A stretch of 64,000 nt of DNA from contig OX597838.1 of NCBI GenBank assembly GCA_951406725.2, forward strand, positions 20,336,001-20,400,000. Reading direction: 5' to 3'. This stretch comes from Octopus vulgaris. Its lineage: Eukaryota. Positions 1-13,057 of this stretch are shown in pieces. How positions within the stretch are numbered: the first letter of the stretch is position 1; the number at the start of each line of letters is the position of its first letter. The notes below the pieces were generated by a model. It ran no database searches. It was given only the letters and a program-made list of their open reading frames with translations, and was not told where the DNA came from. A program made the position numbers and the translations under genes.

Positions 1-369
1 CCATCCGAAAATACTTTTTTGATGTTTCGTTTCGTCCTTTATAAAATATAAGTGTATGAAAGAAAACGAAAAGATGAATAAAGAAATATAGTAATTTTTA
101 GGATCAAACTGCAATAGACATGAACTGGAGGAAACATGAAATTTAATTTAAATGGTTAAATCTTTTCTGTGGTGGATTTTAGAATTGCCAAACCGTCCAA
201 AAACACTTTTTTTGATGTTTCGTTTCGTCCTTTATAAAATATAACCGTATGAAAGAAAACGAAAAAGATGAATAAAGAAATATAGTAATTTTTAGGAAGG
301 GAGGGGCTTGAGACTATGGAATGTATATCAAAGGATCCCGAAGAGTAGAAATAAGGCTAGGAAACGCTG
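1..369. repeat. ~195-bp direct duplication at the window start, probably the end of a non-autonomous DNA transposon
   Basis: 1-100 (tttttgatgtttcgtttcgtcctttataaaatataa...tagtaatttttagga) recurs at ~195-297. The segment ends in aggctaggaaacgctg, resembling a hAT-type CAG terminus. Confidence 0.5.
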
Positions 370-1030
370 ATGCAGACAATATACATATTGAAAGAGAGAG
401 ATTGGTCCTTGAAGCTGACGTGGAGTAAACAATAGCCATATTTCTGTACTTTAGAGACCTCATCATCATCATTGTTCGACCCACCTACCTACCTACCTAC
501 TTACCTACCTGCCTACATACATACATACATACATACATGCATACATACATACATACGTACGTACGTATATTCTATGCATACCTATCTACTGGTTGGTGTC
601 TCCTTGTCTGTCTTTTCGCTTATTCATCGCTGCTCTACTTCTATACGCCATTAAAATGTCAGTGGATGTATTAAATAAGCTTTTATAACTGTCACCATTC
701 TTTCTGTGACCAGCCAACAACAATGCAAGCTTTATCCAAGCTGTCACTTCAAGTCAGGGTCGTTGTCGTCATCATCATTATCATCATCAGCAGCATTATC
801 ATCATTATCATCATTGGATCTTTTGTTTCTTTTATCCATGGCGGCGGCAAGTAGAGGGTGGGGTGTCGATTATATAAAGTACCAGTAAAATACTTCAGCC
901 CACCTAATAATTGCTTTTACCTCTTTACCCTCCTTCTCAGGTGCGTGTCCTTGAGCCTCAGGGTACACCTTTATTAGTGTTGTTGTTGGTATTGTTGATG
1001 TTGACAATCTTCAAGCTTTGAACAACAAAA

Positions 1031-1332
<302 letters not shown>

Positions 1333-2227
1333 TTTTACATTTTTACGAACATTGTATCAATATAATCCCGGGCAACATTATGTAATGTGTCTCTTCCTTC
1401 AAAATATCATAGGGGTGCCCTTTTAAAGAGGGTGGGGATTTGGCTATTGTTTTTGGCAGGCCGAGTAACCATGTGGACGCTCCATCATTGTTGTTGTTGT
1501 TTTTGATATTGTTGTTTCTGCTGTTATTGTTAACTGCTACGTTAAAGGAGAGTCCAATTCCCATCACAGTATATCTAGGACTACGTTGTCCAATGAAACT
1601 TTCTTCATTTAAGGCATCCAGGTGTGATTTTGAGGGGATAATTAGCTACCATTTCTAATCGTTCGGACAACCAAATAGGAGTTTCTCATTGGCTTGTGTT
1701 ACTCGAGCATTAATTTTGTTGTTGCTTAGCCTCAGGTCAGTTCATATCCAGAAGACCAGTGATCATAGTTCTGACTCTCTTGTCTACTCAGAGTCGAGCA
1801 AAACTGTATTGTACAGTCTGTTCTTACAGTTCTTGAGGAGTCGGAGTTCTTACAGTTCTTGTAGGTCGAAAGACCACGTAGAATTTCATCACTAGATCAT
1901 GACAATCAATTGTTGTTATTATTGTTCTTATTTAACTCTAGCTCAACGCAAAGGTGTTCCAGACTGGCCGTCTAGGTTTAACACACAGTTTATGGTCTTA
2001 TAAAATGTGAAAGTTACTTGCAATAAATAAAAACCGGAAATGATGACAGTGACATCGCAAATTTTCATAAAAAAAAACATAAAGATTTACGGAGATGTAC
2101 TTGCATAGCAAGTGACCTGATCTGAGATCGTGTGCTGGAACGAAAACAATTGCAGCGTGGAAGGTGTTTATAAGCCATTTAAGAAACACACAAAATCAGT
2201 TAGATTCACTTCAACATTTAAATTTAA

Positions 2228-2278
2228 TTTGTTAAAATATTCTCGTCGCTTTGAGACCGCGACCTGTTCACTGACAAA
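2228..2278 (-). ncRNA. Minimal type I hammerhead-ribozyme-like motif (G3-C8 variant), probably in a Penelope-like pLTR remnant (~2085-2300)
   Basis: Minus strand reads tttgtca-GTGAACA-g-gtcgc(ggtctcaaa)gcgac-GAGA-atat-T-T-taacaaa: stem I 6/7 bp, stem II 5 bp, palindromic tetraloop in place of stem III. Confidence 0.55.
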
Positions 2279-2884
2279 ATTCCGTGCTGCATCTCATAAA
2301 GAGTTTTCTCATTATGCCACACCTTCAAGGACCTTCTAGTGACATGTCAAGTATTGGTGACCGGTAGTAAAATCACAGGAAAAAAGTCACAGTAATAAAG
2401 TCACGATCTTGGCTAGGAAAAAAAGTCACAGAAAAAAAGTCCCAATTAATTTATAGGATCCAGACCACCCCCCCAAGGACAAAACCCCCTTGGACAACTC
2501 CCACCGGACAAAACCCTTGTGACTTTTTTTTCTGTGCCTTTTTTTTTTTACCTGGATTCGAAGTATTTCAGAAGTAGCGGCTGAGGTACGCCGTTCCAAT
2601 ATACCATATCTAGCAATGAACACCACTGAGAAGTGTGTAACGTACACTCTAGTGAAATTCCTCTCTCCTTTATTATACATACGTAGAATAGCGCCAAAAG
2701 GTTAGCAGATAACAGCTAACCTTTTGGTACTATTTGGACCTTGTTATGTTCACCACTCTGATTGGATGGTATTGGCGCAATTTGTCTCTTACTCTGTCGC
2801 GCCAATCTGCAAGATGTAACCAGGCGGAGCCTCCAAATAAATCACGTGAGACAGTCTGTTCTAAACTCCAATTTGAGCCTACTG

Positions 2885-3799
2885 TTAGTTATAAAAACTC
2901 AACTTCCTGTTGGCCAATTCTAGACGTTTCTCTTGAATTGCCGCTCTTAATTCGTCCAGTTGTGTGCAGTATTTCTCAGAATTAATTGTCTGATTACTTG
3001 GGAAAAGCTCATAGTACAGAATTCCTTTCCAATCCCACCAGACACAAAGCAAGACTTTTTTGGGGTGAAGACCCGCTTTTGGGGTGGCTGAGGGTAGCTC
3101 ATGTCGCTTACTCCAGGATCGCTTTCTCTGAACATTTCGGTAGATAATCCATTTCTCATCACCTGTCACAATTTGCTTTAAAATAGGTGCGTTTTCATTC
3201 CGTTTATAAAGCGAATCACGAAAGGAAATGCGATCCAAAAGGTTCTTCTCCCTCAACTCATATGGTACCCAAACATCATAGCGATTTGTGTACCCAAGCT
3301 TTACCAGGTGCTCATGAACGATGGATTTTTATAGGTTGAGGCTTTCTGCCAATTCTCGGGTTGTACAATGTGGGTTATTCTCAATTAAGGACTTGATTTG
3401 GTCATCATCTGTAGTGGATGGTCTGCCTATCGCTCTTTATCAATAAGGCTACAATCTCCAGCTCGGAACCTTGCGAACCACTTCCGTACAGTTCTTTCGG
3501 ATAAAGAAACATCACCGTAAACTGCGCATATTTCTTTGGTTGCTTCTGAGGCATTTTTCCCTTTACGGAAAAAGAAAAGTATCACGTACCGAAAATGAAC
3601 TTTCTTATCTTCCATTTTAAAGGGTTACAGAATTAATACAGGTTATAGGAACATAAAGCTTCTTCCACGAAAAGATAGCTTAAACTGTGCTCTAAATGGA
3701 GGTGTAGTCAAAAGCTGTTTTATGGACTCAACCATGTTCTAAAATAAGTCGAAAGGTAAGCTACTATAAATCGGCACGAACTTTCCGGACAACCCAATA
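2885..3799 (-). mobile_element. Mariner transposon, 3'-truncated, transposase pseudogene
   Basis: HTH N-terminus MEDKKVHFRYVILFFFRKGKNASEATKEICAVYG...RKWFARFRAGD (3427..3615). WVPY motif; catalytic IVTGDEKWI and HPKKVLLCVWWDWKG (2885..3256). In-frame stop present and second/third Asp region missing. 5' TIR TATTGGGTTGTCCGGAAAGTTCGTGCCGATTT ends at 3799. Confidence 0.95.
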
Positions 3800-4338
3800 C
3801 AATTTATTTTTGCCAGCAGAGTGAACAGGAGCAACGTGAAATAAAGTGTCTTGCTCAAGGACACAACACACCACCAGATAACGAACTGACGATCTCACGA
3901 TTGTGGGCAGAATACCTCTGAACACTAAGCCACGCACCTTCCGGGAGTATTGCTGCGTTGGATGTGAAAGAGGATCAAAGGAAACAATTTGCTGGGTTTC
4001 TTTTTAATAAGGCTCAGGGTCATTGATCGAGGTTTGCAAGAGTGAGGAAGGGGTTTATGCGATGTTCATGCATTCTCATCAAATACCATTCACATTGTAA
4101 TTGCTGACAATTTAATAGCACTCTCCCAGGAAGCCGTGGTCGAGACATGGTTTCCAAACCCGGTTTCATCTATTGTTGTTTAGTCTTTCAAGTCATCTTG
4201 AAAGTGAATGAGCAGAGAACCGGAGTCAGTTAATTTGCCATTATTAACTTACAGATGTTTCTGCTGCAGTAAGCAATTCACTCGGAGCCGAGTGTTGAGC
4301 AACATTCTAGCATCCTCGGAGCTGTAAGCTAATCAAAG

Positions 4339-4762
4339 TCTCTTTTACTCTTTTACTCTTTTCCTTGTTTCAGTCATTTGACTGTGACTATGTTGGAGCA
4401 CTGCCTTTAGTCGAGCAAATTGACCACAGGACTTATTCTTTGGAAGCCTAGTACTTATTTTATCGGTGTCTTTTGCCGAACCGCTAAGTTACAGGGATGT
4501 AAACACACCAGCATCGGTTGTCAACCGATGTTGTGGGGACAAACACAGACACTCAAACACATACACACACATACCTATATATATATATATACATATAATA
4601 TATGCGACGGGCTTCTTTCAGTTTCCGTCTACCAAATCCACTCACAAGGCTTTGGTCGGCCCGAGGTTATAGTAGAAGACACTTGCCCAAATTGCCACGC
4701 AGTGGGACTGAACCCGGAACCATGTGGTTGGTAAGTAAGCTACTTACTACTCAGCCACTCCC
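4339..4762 (-). mobile_element. tRNA-derived SINE family B (internal microsatellite, agtaaaag tail)
   Basis: Head ggagtggctg..tggtaagtagcttgcttaccaaccacatggttccgggttcagtccc, core ccttgggcaagtgtcttctactatagcc and tail gactgaaacaagtaaaagag are shared with more than 10 copies in the window. Confidence 0.85.
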
Positions 4763-4820
4763 AGTTACTTGTATTCTCTTTCGTCATTCATTAATATTCG
4801 TGTGTAATACACACACACAC

Positions 4821-5041
4821 ACGAGGTGGGGGGACTGAAACGTTCCTGGTTTTAAGGGTGTCGCGAAAGGCCTAGTTGGAGACACTACCTTCTGAGTTTT
4901 GTTACAGGACTTGGAAAAACTGAAGAATCCTTGTAAGAAGTGTACGAATCTGAGAAGGGAATATGTTGAATAAAATCATAATTAACTGATTCTCCCGTTT
5001 ACTTTTACTCAAAGCCAGGAACTTTTCAACATCCCTTCGTA
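4821..5041. mobile_element. Mariner-type MITE
   Basis: Imperfect TIRs acgaggtgggggactgaaacgttcctgg / ccaggaacttttcaacatcccttcgta; right end followed by TA. Confidence 0.55.
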
Positions 5042-6279
5042 TATATTATATATAATAAGCACCTAGGTGCAGAACAAGGTGGGGGAAAATAGTACACGAA
5101 TACCAAAAGCAGAATAAAATAGTATATTATAGAACCCGGAAAATCTGTTATACACTATTTCACATCACCGGTCGGTAAAATAATATGCATAATCTACATA
5201 CACACATTCATATATATATATATATATATTATATAATCATGACCACACACACAACCACACACACACACAAGCATACGTACGTGTTGCCGAGGTTTCACTG
5301 TTGCTTTTTTGTTTGTATACCTAAAAACAAGCGGCCATAATCGTGGTTTGGGATGCATATGTTCAAAGGTAGAGACAAAGCGAGTGAAAGAGAGTGAGAG
5401 AAAGAGAGGGAGTAAGTATAAATGAAAGAGATAGGGAAACATCAATACAGGATGTTCTTTCATGAATGGTTGGGGAAAAAAACGTACATTGATAAATACT
5501 TTATTCTTATTAGTTAAAAATAACTTGTTTGGTTGGTCGGTCGGAAATTGATTCTTAGAAAAACTGATAGTATATATCGATTTATTTGTGGCCCAGATAT
5601 TTTAAACCATTCAGAGTTGAATCTAAACGAACAACTGTACGTGGCCGTAATGGTGATCGATCAATTAGCTCACTTCTGACGGCTAAATTAATGGACAGTC
5701 GATATTATATTGTTCATGGTTTCGTTGCAATAAGTAGACAGCGTCCATAAAAATAAAACAGAATAAAATGAACTCCTGTTGCATGTAAGCTTAAACTACC
5801 GAACTCGAGCCTCGTTTTGACATGTCTTATCTCCGTCCAAATTTCCCCCCTTCCTTTCTGCTTTCCCACTGCAGTTGAATGACCTCTTTATTGCTGGAAC
5901 AATAATAAATCATGGTGATTATTATTATTATCATTTTTAAAAAAATCATTTATTTGTATATGAGAGATGTGGGGGTTGATACGAAAATGCTATCCACCCG
6001 TATTTTGCTTAACCTAGTAGAATTATCTCAAATCACATGTCGACCCCATTTAAAAGAGAGAACGCATTAACCCAGTGTTTCCCGACCTGAAGGTGTTAAA
6101 ATTCGGTGAGTGCTGGGATTAGATAAGAAACAAACTGAAATTAAACTTAACCTGCGTTTGGATACCATTTCCAAAGATGTGTAGAAGGCCGGTCCATTTT
6201 GTCATCAAGGAGTGGTGGTTGTGATGCGGAACTGACAAAAAATTTGAAACATGGTATCAGACAACGCAGTCGTAGTTTA

Positions 6280-6545
6280 GGAGTGTGGAGGCGCAATGGC
6301 CCACTGGTTAGGGCAGCGGACTCGCGGTCGTAGGATCGCGATTTCGATTCCCAGACCGGGCGTTGTGAGTGTTTATTGAGCGAAAACACCTAAAGCTCCA
6401 CGAGGCTCCGTCAGGGATGGTGGTGATCCCTGCTGTACTCTTTCACCACAACTTTCTCTCACTCTTACTTCCTGTTTCTGTTGTACCTGTATTTCAAAGG
6501 GCCGGCCTTGTCACTCTCTGTGTCACGCTGAATATCCCGACGGAG
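6280..6545 (+). mobile_element. tRNA-derived SINE family C
   Basis: A box tggcccactgg and B-box-like atttcgattcc. Body matches 49590-49960 (-) and, in part, 15344-15650 (+) and 63557-63812 (-). Confidence 0.8.
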
Positions 6546-6889
6546 TGCTTCCCATCCAGTTTAGGAGTCATGTAAACAGTGTATGTGAAATAACCAAACG
6601 TATCCAATACATAAACGCATATATATGACATGATAACTGTACACATATTTTGTAAAAGATGAAAGCAATCATATTTACGGGTAAAAATATAGCAATCATT
6701 GATGCAGGAAAAGGGATTCGTGAACAGCTTTGCATGATCTCGAAATCTGTTTCGCCAGACATTCTCATGAAATCATCACGAGTCCTACATTGTAGCCCAA
6801 TTTTCTTCTTTTGTCATCTCTTGTTTCTATCGCAAATTACTTAGTTTTTTGTTTTTGTTTTTGTTTATTTTTAAAATTCTTTTTCTTCT

Positions 6890-7516
6890 TGTACTTGTTT
6901 CAGTCATTTGACTGCGGCCATGCAGGAGCACCGTCTTTTGTTCGAGCAAATCGATCCCAGGACTTATTCTTTGTAAGCCTAGTACTTATTTTATCGGTGT
7001 CTTTTGCCGAAACCGCTAAGTTACAGGAACGTAAACACACCAGCGTCAGTTGTCAAGCGATGTTTGGGGGAGGGACAAACATAGACACACAAATATATAT
7101 ATACTTTTTTACTCTTTTACTTGTTTCAGTCATTTGACTGTGGCTATGCTGGAGCACTGCCTTTAGTCGAGCAAATCGACCCCAGGACTTATTTTTTGTA
7201 AGCCTAGTACTTTTCCTTTCGGTCTTTTGCCGAACCGCTAAGTTACGGGGACGTAAACACACCAGCATCGGTTGTCAAGCGATTTGGGGAGGACAAACAT
7301 AGACACACAAACATATACACACACACATACATATATATGTATACATATATACGACGGGTTTTTTTCAGTTTCCGTCTACCAAATCCACTCCCAAGGCTTT
7401 GGTGGGCCCGAGGCTATAGTAGAAGACACTTGCCCAATGTGCCACGCAGTGGGACTGAACCCGGAACCATGTGGTTGGTAAGCAAGCTACTTACCACACA
7501 GCCACGCCTGCGCCTA
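6890..7516 (-). mobile_element. SINE family B with duplicated 3' half
   Basis: Full copy ~7105-7516 plus an extra tail copy ~6890-7100. Confidence 0.85.
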
Positions 7517-7845
7517 TTTATCTATTTTTCTTAATTCATTTTTTTACAACAGTAAATTGCATGTAGACGAGGAGTTTAATGTTTAACATGTGGTTTTTCT
7601 TACACCGGCGAGCTAGGAAAAATCTTAGTACGCCAGGCAAAATGCCTAGCAACATCCCATGAGTCCTTACGTTCTGAGTTCAAATTCTGCCGGTGCCGGA
7701 CTTTGCCTTTCGTTCTTTTGAGTTTGATAAAATAAGTATCAGTTGAGCACTGGGGTCAATGTAATCGACTTAACCGCCCCTCCCCTGAACTTGTTGGCCG
7801 CGGGCCAAAATAAAGTTTGAAACCACTGTGTGATTTATCTTATAT

Positions 7846-8256
7846 ATTTCTTTACTACCCTCAAGGGGCTAAACATAGAGAGGACAAACAAAGACAGACA
7901 AACGGATTAAGTCGATTACATCGACCCCCCCCCCGTGCGTAACTGGTACTTAATTTATCGACCTCGAAAGGATGAAAGGCAAAGTCGACCTCGGCGGAAT
8001 TTGAACTCAGAACGTAACAGAAGATGAAATACCTATTGCTTTACTACCCACAAGGGGCTAAACACAGAGAGGACAGACAAACGGATTAAGTCCATTACAT
8101 CGACCCCCGTGCGTAACTGGTACTTAATTTATCGACCTCGAAAGGATGAAAGGCAAAGTCGACCTCGGCGGAATTTGAACTCAGAACGTAACGGCAGGCG
8201 AAATACGGATACGCATTTCGCCCGGCGTGCTAACGTTTCTGCCAGCTCGCCGCCTT
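7846..8256 (-). mobile_element. tRNA-derived SINE family A (Nin/Deu-like central domain), tandem body duplication
   Basis: Head ggcggcgagctggcagaaacgttagc, B box gagttcaaattcc, and core gcctttcatcctttcg.ggtcgataaattaagtaccag present twice. Confidence 0.85.
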
Positions 8257-8765
8257 GCGTGATTTATCTTACGATAAATGAAGACGAGATGTCCAAAAGA
8301 TTGTCTCTGATCATTGTCAATATTCTTTTACGTTTAGTTTCAGTGCGCGCTAAAAATCTTGTTTTCTAATGACGAAAGAATGCGCGCGCAAATGTTTGCG
8401 TAAATATAAACATGAAATTGTTTTTAAATAATCTTAGCACAACCTTATTCACATGACTAATAAAACTGTACTGGAATGTTTTAACTAGGTGCACGAGTAT
8501 GTGTATGGTGGTGGGGGGCCCCTAACAATATCACACACCAAAAATTCCTCTCTCTTACATACAAATTATTTTCAAGTAAGCATATTTTAACATATAAATA
8601 ATGTATGTATGTGTCAACTTTTCTTTTACATAAGGCAGGGAGCTGGCAGAAACGTTAGCGCGCCGGGTGAAATGCTTAACTGTATTTCGTCTGACTTTAC
8701 GTTTCTGAGTTCAAATTTCGCCGAGGTCGACTTTAGCGTAGAGATTATTTCATTAATTTTTTTTA

Positions 8766-9142
8766 TAGGCGCAGAAGTGGCTGCGTGGTAAGTAGCTTGC
8801 TTACCAACCACATGGTTCCGGGTTCAGTCCCACTGCGTGGTACTTTGGGCAAGTGTCTTCTACTATAGCCTCGGGCCGAACAAAGCCTTGTGAGTGGATT
8901 TGGTAGACGGAAACTGAAAGAAGCCCGTCGTATATATGTATGTGTGTGTATGTTTGTGTCTTTGTCCCCCCACCCATTATCATTTGACAACCGATGCTGG
9001 TGTGTTTACATCCCCGTAACTTAGCGGTTCGGCAAAAGAGACTAATAGAATAAGTACTAGGCTTACAAAGAATAAGTCCTGGGGGTCGATTCGCTCGACT
9101 AAAGGCAGTGCTCCAGCATGGCCGCAGTCAAATGACCGAAAC
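8766..9142 (+). mobile_element. SINE family B
   Basis: Near-complete copy, inverted relative to 6890-7516. Confidence 0.85.
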
Positions 9143-10039
9143 ACTTGAGCATGTCCCTTAGTGGCTGACAATATGTGCATCTCTGATGATCAGCCATGTG
9201 TTGAGAGAGATTCTTTGGGGTTTGAATAAATGTAACAAAAACAAAATTTGAAGGAAATTGTTAGCCGTTTTTCGTACTTTCCAGGGGTAACCAAATAGAA
9301 AATAACAGAAGGACAGAAATCGCGTTACACATTGTTATTCATAAAAATATAAATTTATAATCAGAACTTCGAAACAACAGGTTTCGAAGAAGTTGCTTAT
9401 AGATGTTCTCCTCTGAGATATGAGACGTTCTGGAGCAGCCGTTTTGGCTCCCACCTGTTTGGCATTGCTGATTCGACGCTGATTTATTTGACATCAGACA
9501 TTTAATCCCCGGAGACTTTTTTTGACGCCGTAAAAATTTTGTTTGTATTTTTTGGTAACAACTATTTTATAATCACGACTATTAAACACATCGAGTTCTA
9601 AACTTCGTTCGTGTTACTGTTTTACTTTATAATTGTATATTGACAGTTGGTGAAATATTAACGAGGCGTCGAAAAGGAAAACAAATTTAAGCATTGGATT
9701 TCTGTTCGTTTTTAACAAATTAGAATTGACAGTAAATCAAAATTTTAGCGTGGGAACAGAAAGGTCGGAGTGAAGGACATCTGGATGTATTAAATGGCCC
9801 CGATTACCGCAATCATCTCGCTCTTTCGCTCACATACACACACTCTGTAAATGCATGTGTGTGCGTGTGCGTGCGCGTTCGTTTTTACTCTTTATGCTAA
9901 ATCGTCTGCGTCCAAACAAACACGTCGAATCGGTCCGTTCCGTCTCGTTCTCGCTAAATTTGGAAGAGATGTTCACATCTGCCGGCAGCTAACCATTGGG
10001 ACTGAATATGACTTTGTCTCTCTGTCTGTCTGTCTGCCT

Positions 10040-10099
10040 ATATCTGTATATATGTATGTATATTTATATGCATGTTTACACACACACACACACACACAT

Positions 10100-10149
<50 letters not shown>

Positions 10150-10550
10150 GTGTGTGTGTGTACACAAGTACATATCTTTGCATGATGGGTAATTTATAGT
10201 CACTTATATTTGCAAGTATGTATTTATGTAAGCATGTATGCATGTATGTATGTATGTATGTATGTATGTATGTATGTATGTATGTATGTATATGTGTATG
10301 TATGTATGTATGTATGTATGTATGTATGTATGTATGTATGTATGTATGTATGTATGTATGTATGTATGTATGTGTGTATGTATGTGTGTGTATGCATTTA
10401 TGTATATATGTATTATGCATGTATGTATTATGTACGCATGTATGTATGCATATATGTATGCATATATGTATGTATTTGTGTAATACGTATACGAATGTGC
10501 CCGTATTTACGTATGCGAGTGTGTGTGTGTACGTATGCACATATGCATGA

Positions 10551-10583
<33 letters not shown>

Positions 10584-10803
10584 TGTATATATGCATATAT
10601 ATATGTATGTGTATGTGTATGTATGTATGTATGTATGTATGTATGTATGTATGTATGTATGTATGTATGTATGTATGTATGTATGTATGTATGTATGTAT
10701 GTATGTATGTGTATGTATATGTGTATGTATGTATGTATGTATGTGTGTGTATGTATGTATGTATGTATGTATACGTATGTCTTATGTACGTATGCATATA
10801 TGC

Positions 10804-10864
<61 letters not shown>

Positions 10865-10870
10865 TGTGTG
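10040..10870. repeat. Compound (CA)n/(TA)n/(TATG)n/(TG)n microsatellite
   Basis: Directly visible; source of the YVCM/HTYI ORFs. Confidence 0.95.
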
Positions 10871-11574
10871 TTACAACTTGGAGGAAAGAGTTTTGCACTT
10901 AGGAATCTGACGTTTTGCGTAGAGGCCCATTTTTTCAAGGTGAATGCTAGAGTCCATGTGTTTCTTGTTTTTACTTATTCTGACAGAATCGTTAGCACGC
11001 CGGGCGAAATGCTTAGCGGTATTTCGTCAGCCGCTACGTTCTGAGTTCAAATTCCGCCGAGGTCGACTTTGCCTTTCATCCTTTCGAGGTCGATTAAATA
11101 AGTACCAGTTACGCACTGGGGTCGATATAATCGATTTAATCCCTTTGTCTCCCCTTCTTTGTCCCCTCTGTGTGTAGCCCCTTGTGGGAAGTAAAGAAAT
11201 AAGAAGATACTTGCCCAAGGTGCCACGCAGTGGGACTGAACCTGTAACCATGTGGTTGGAAGCAAGGTCCTTACTACACATAGCCACGCTCATTCATTCA
11301 CTAATCCACCCATTCATTCATTTGTGTTTTTATAAAGCTTAACATGAAACAACATCTGAACTGCAATTCCACGTAAATCAATATCTGCAGATCAAATGAT
11401 GTTGACCAATGATGTTTATAGGCGCAGGAGTGGCTGTGTGGTAAGTAGCTTGCTTACGAACCACATGGTTCCGGGTTCAGTCCCACTGCGTGGCACTTTG
11501 GGCAAGTGTCTTCTACTATAGCCTCGGGCCGACCAAAACCTTTCAGAAAACAAAGCCTTTTCACAAAACAAAGA

Positions 11575-11641
11575 GTAGGAGAGAGAGAAGCAAGCAGAAG
11601 AGACAGAGGGAAACAGAGAGAGAGAGAGAGAGAGAGAGGGA

Positions 11642-11701
<60 letters not shown>

Positions 11702-11946
11702 GAAAGATGGATATATAAAGAGGGGATGACTGATAGAAAGGGGAGGAGAATAAGTAGGAGAGAGAGAGAGAGAGTAAACAAACATAGAAAGAAGAGTGGG
11801 AGAGGATACGTAAGAGTAAAATAGAGAGCCGAGCGAAATGTGAATATGATTCGGGAGATAGAAGAGGAAGTGTAAGAGAGAAAGAGAGGAAGTTACAGCA
11901 GTAGGAGGAGGAAAAGTGTAAGAGGGAAACGCAAACGAAAGGAAAG

Positions 11947-12016
<70 letters not shown>

Positions 12017-12310
12017 GAAGACAGACAGAAAGATAGATATATAGAGAGAAGAGGACTCGTAGATAGACAGGAGAATTGATAGAGAATTGACAGAAAGGGA
12101 AGGAGAAGAAGCTGAAAAGAGAGTAAACAGAGAAAGAGGAAAAGTGGGAGAGAAAAGCAAACAGAAGAGACAGAGGCAAAGACTGAGAAAGAGAGAGAGA
12201 GAGAGAAATGGGATGATTATTAGAAAGAGGAGCAGAATAAGGAGGAGAGAGAGTAAACAAGGAGTGGGAGAGGATTCGCAAGAGTAAGATAGAGAGCCGA
12301 GCAAAATATG
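11575..12310. repeat. GA-rich low-complexity tract with (GAAA)n, (GA)n, (GATA)n and an internal duplication
   Basis: Purine tract; gagagagtaaaca...gagtgggagaggat..agagagccgagc.aaat.tgaatatga occurs at ~11765-11850 and ~12245-12318. Confidence 0.9.
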
Positions 12311-12395
12311 AATATGAAGAGGTTCTTGAGTAAATAATGTTACAAAGATTTTATTTTTATTGTAATTGTTAATTATTATGCTATAAAACTTATAT

Positions 12396-13057
12396 GGGAT
12401 CTTTACCTTTTGACCGACAGATTTTAAAAATAATTTTTTGTAACTAAGCACTTTCAAACTTCGGACACTGGTAGAATGTGTCATGTAGAATATCTTTTAT
12501 TCTTAGCGTTTTTGAGAAAAGCTTGTTTTTACGAAGTTATTTAGCGTTAAGTTGTCGTATCTCGGTAATTTCAACCAATCAATGACGTGTATTCAGCTGC
12601 ATAAAATTACTGCCGTTGTTTGTCAGCAAGAACTTCCAGCGGTGTATATTTCGTTTGTCACTGTTATTTACGACAACCCTAGCCCTAAAACTCTAACCCT
12701 AACCCTAAAACCTTAACCCTAACTCTAAAACCCTAACCGTAAAACCTTAAAGCTAAAACCAGTACAAACGCACGAACGATGTCATAAATAACAGTGACAA
12801 ACGAAAAATACACCGCCGATAGTTGTTGACAAACAACGGCAGTAATTTTATTCAGCTGAATACACATCATTGATTGGTTGAAATTACCGAAATACGACAA
12901 CTTTAAGGTGAAATAACTTCGTAAATATAAGTTTTTCTCAAAAATGCTAAGAGTAAAATATATTTTATATGACACATTCTACCAGTGTCCGAAGTTTGAA
13001 AGTGTTTAGTTACAAAAAATTATTTTTTAAATCTGTAGGTCAAAAGGCAAAGATGCC
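12396..13057. mobile_element. Foldback MITE (GGGATCTTT terminus) with central telomere-like (CCCTAA)n repeats
   Basis: ~280-bp inverted arms gggatctttaccttttgaccgacagatttt / aaatctgtaggtcaaaaggcaaagatgcc; degenerate ccctaa repeats at 12675-12755. Confidence 0.85.

Noticed and set aside
4253-4323. 69-nt segment with splice-like signals on both strands (cttacag ... ctgtaag)
   Set aside because: The symmetry comes from a 7-bp inverted repeat. Pyrimidine tracts are weak and neither open frame resembles a known protein.
6280-6365. tRNA-like sequences at SINE heads (also ~15345, ~16120-16190, ~23400-23475, ~61810-61874)
   Set aside because: A/B boxes are present, but acceptor stems do not pair and they run into repeat bodies, so they are not tRNA genes.
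9851-12484. Long ORFs of 110-307 aa (YVCM, HTYI, SLSL repeats)
   Set aside because: Translations of (TATG)n and GA-rich repeats, which lack stop codons.
12675-12755. CCCTAA arrays as a telomere or chromosome-fusion site
   Set aside because: Short, degenerate and always embedded in the foldback MITE family.
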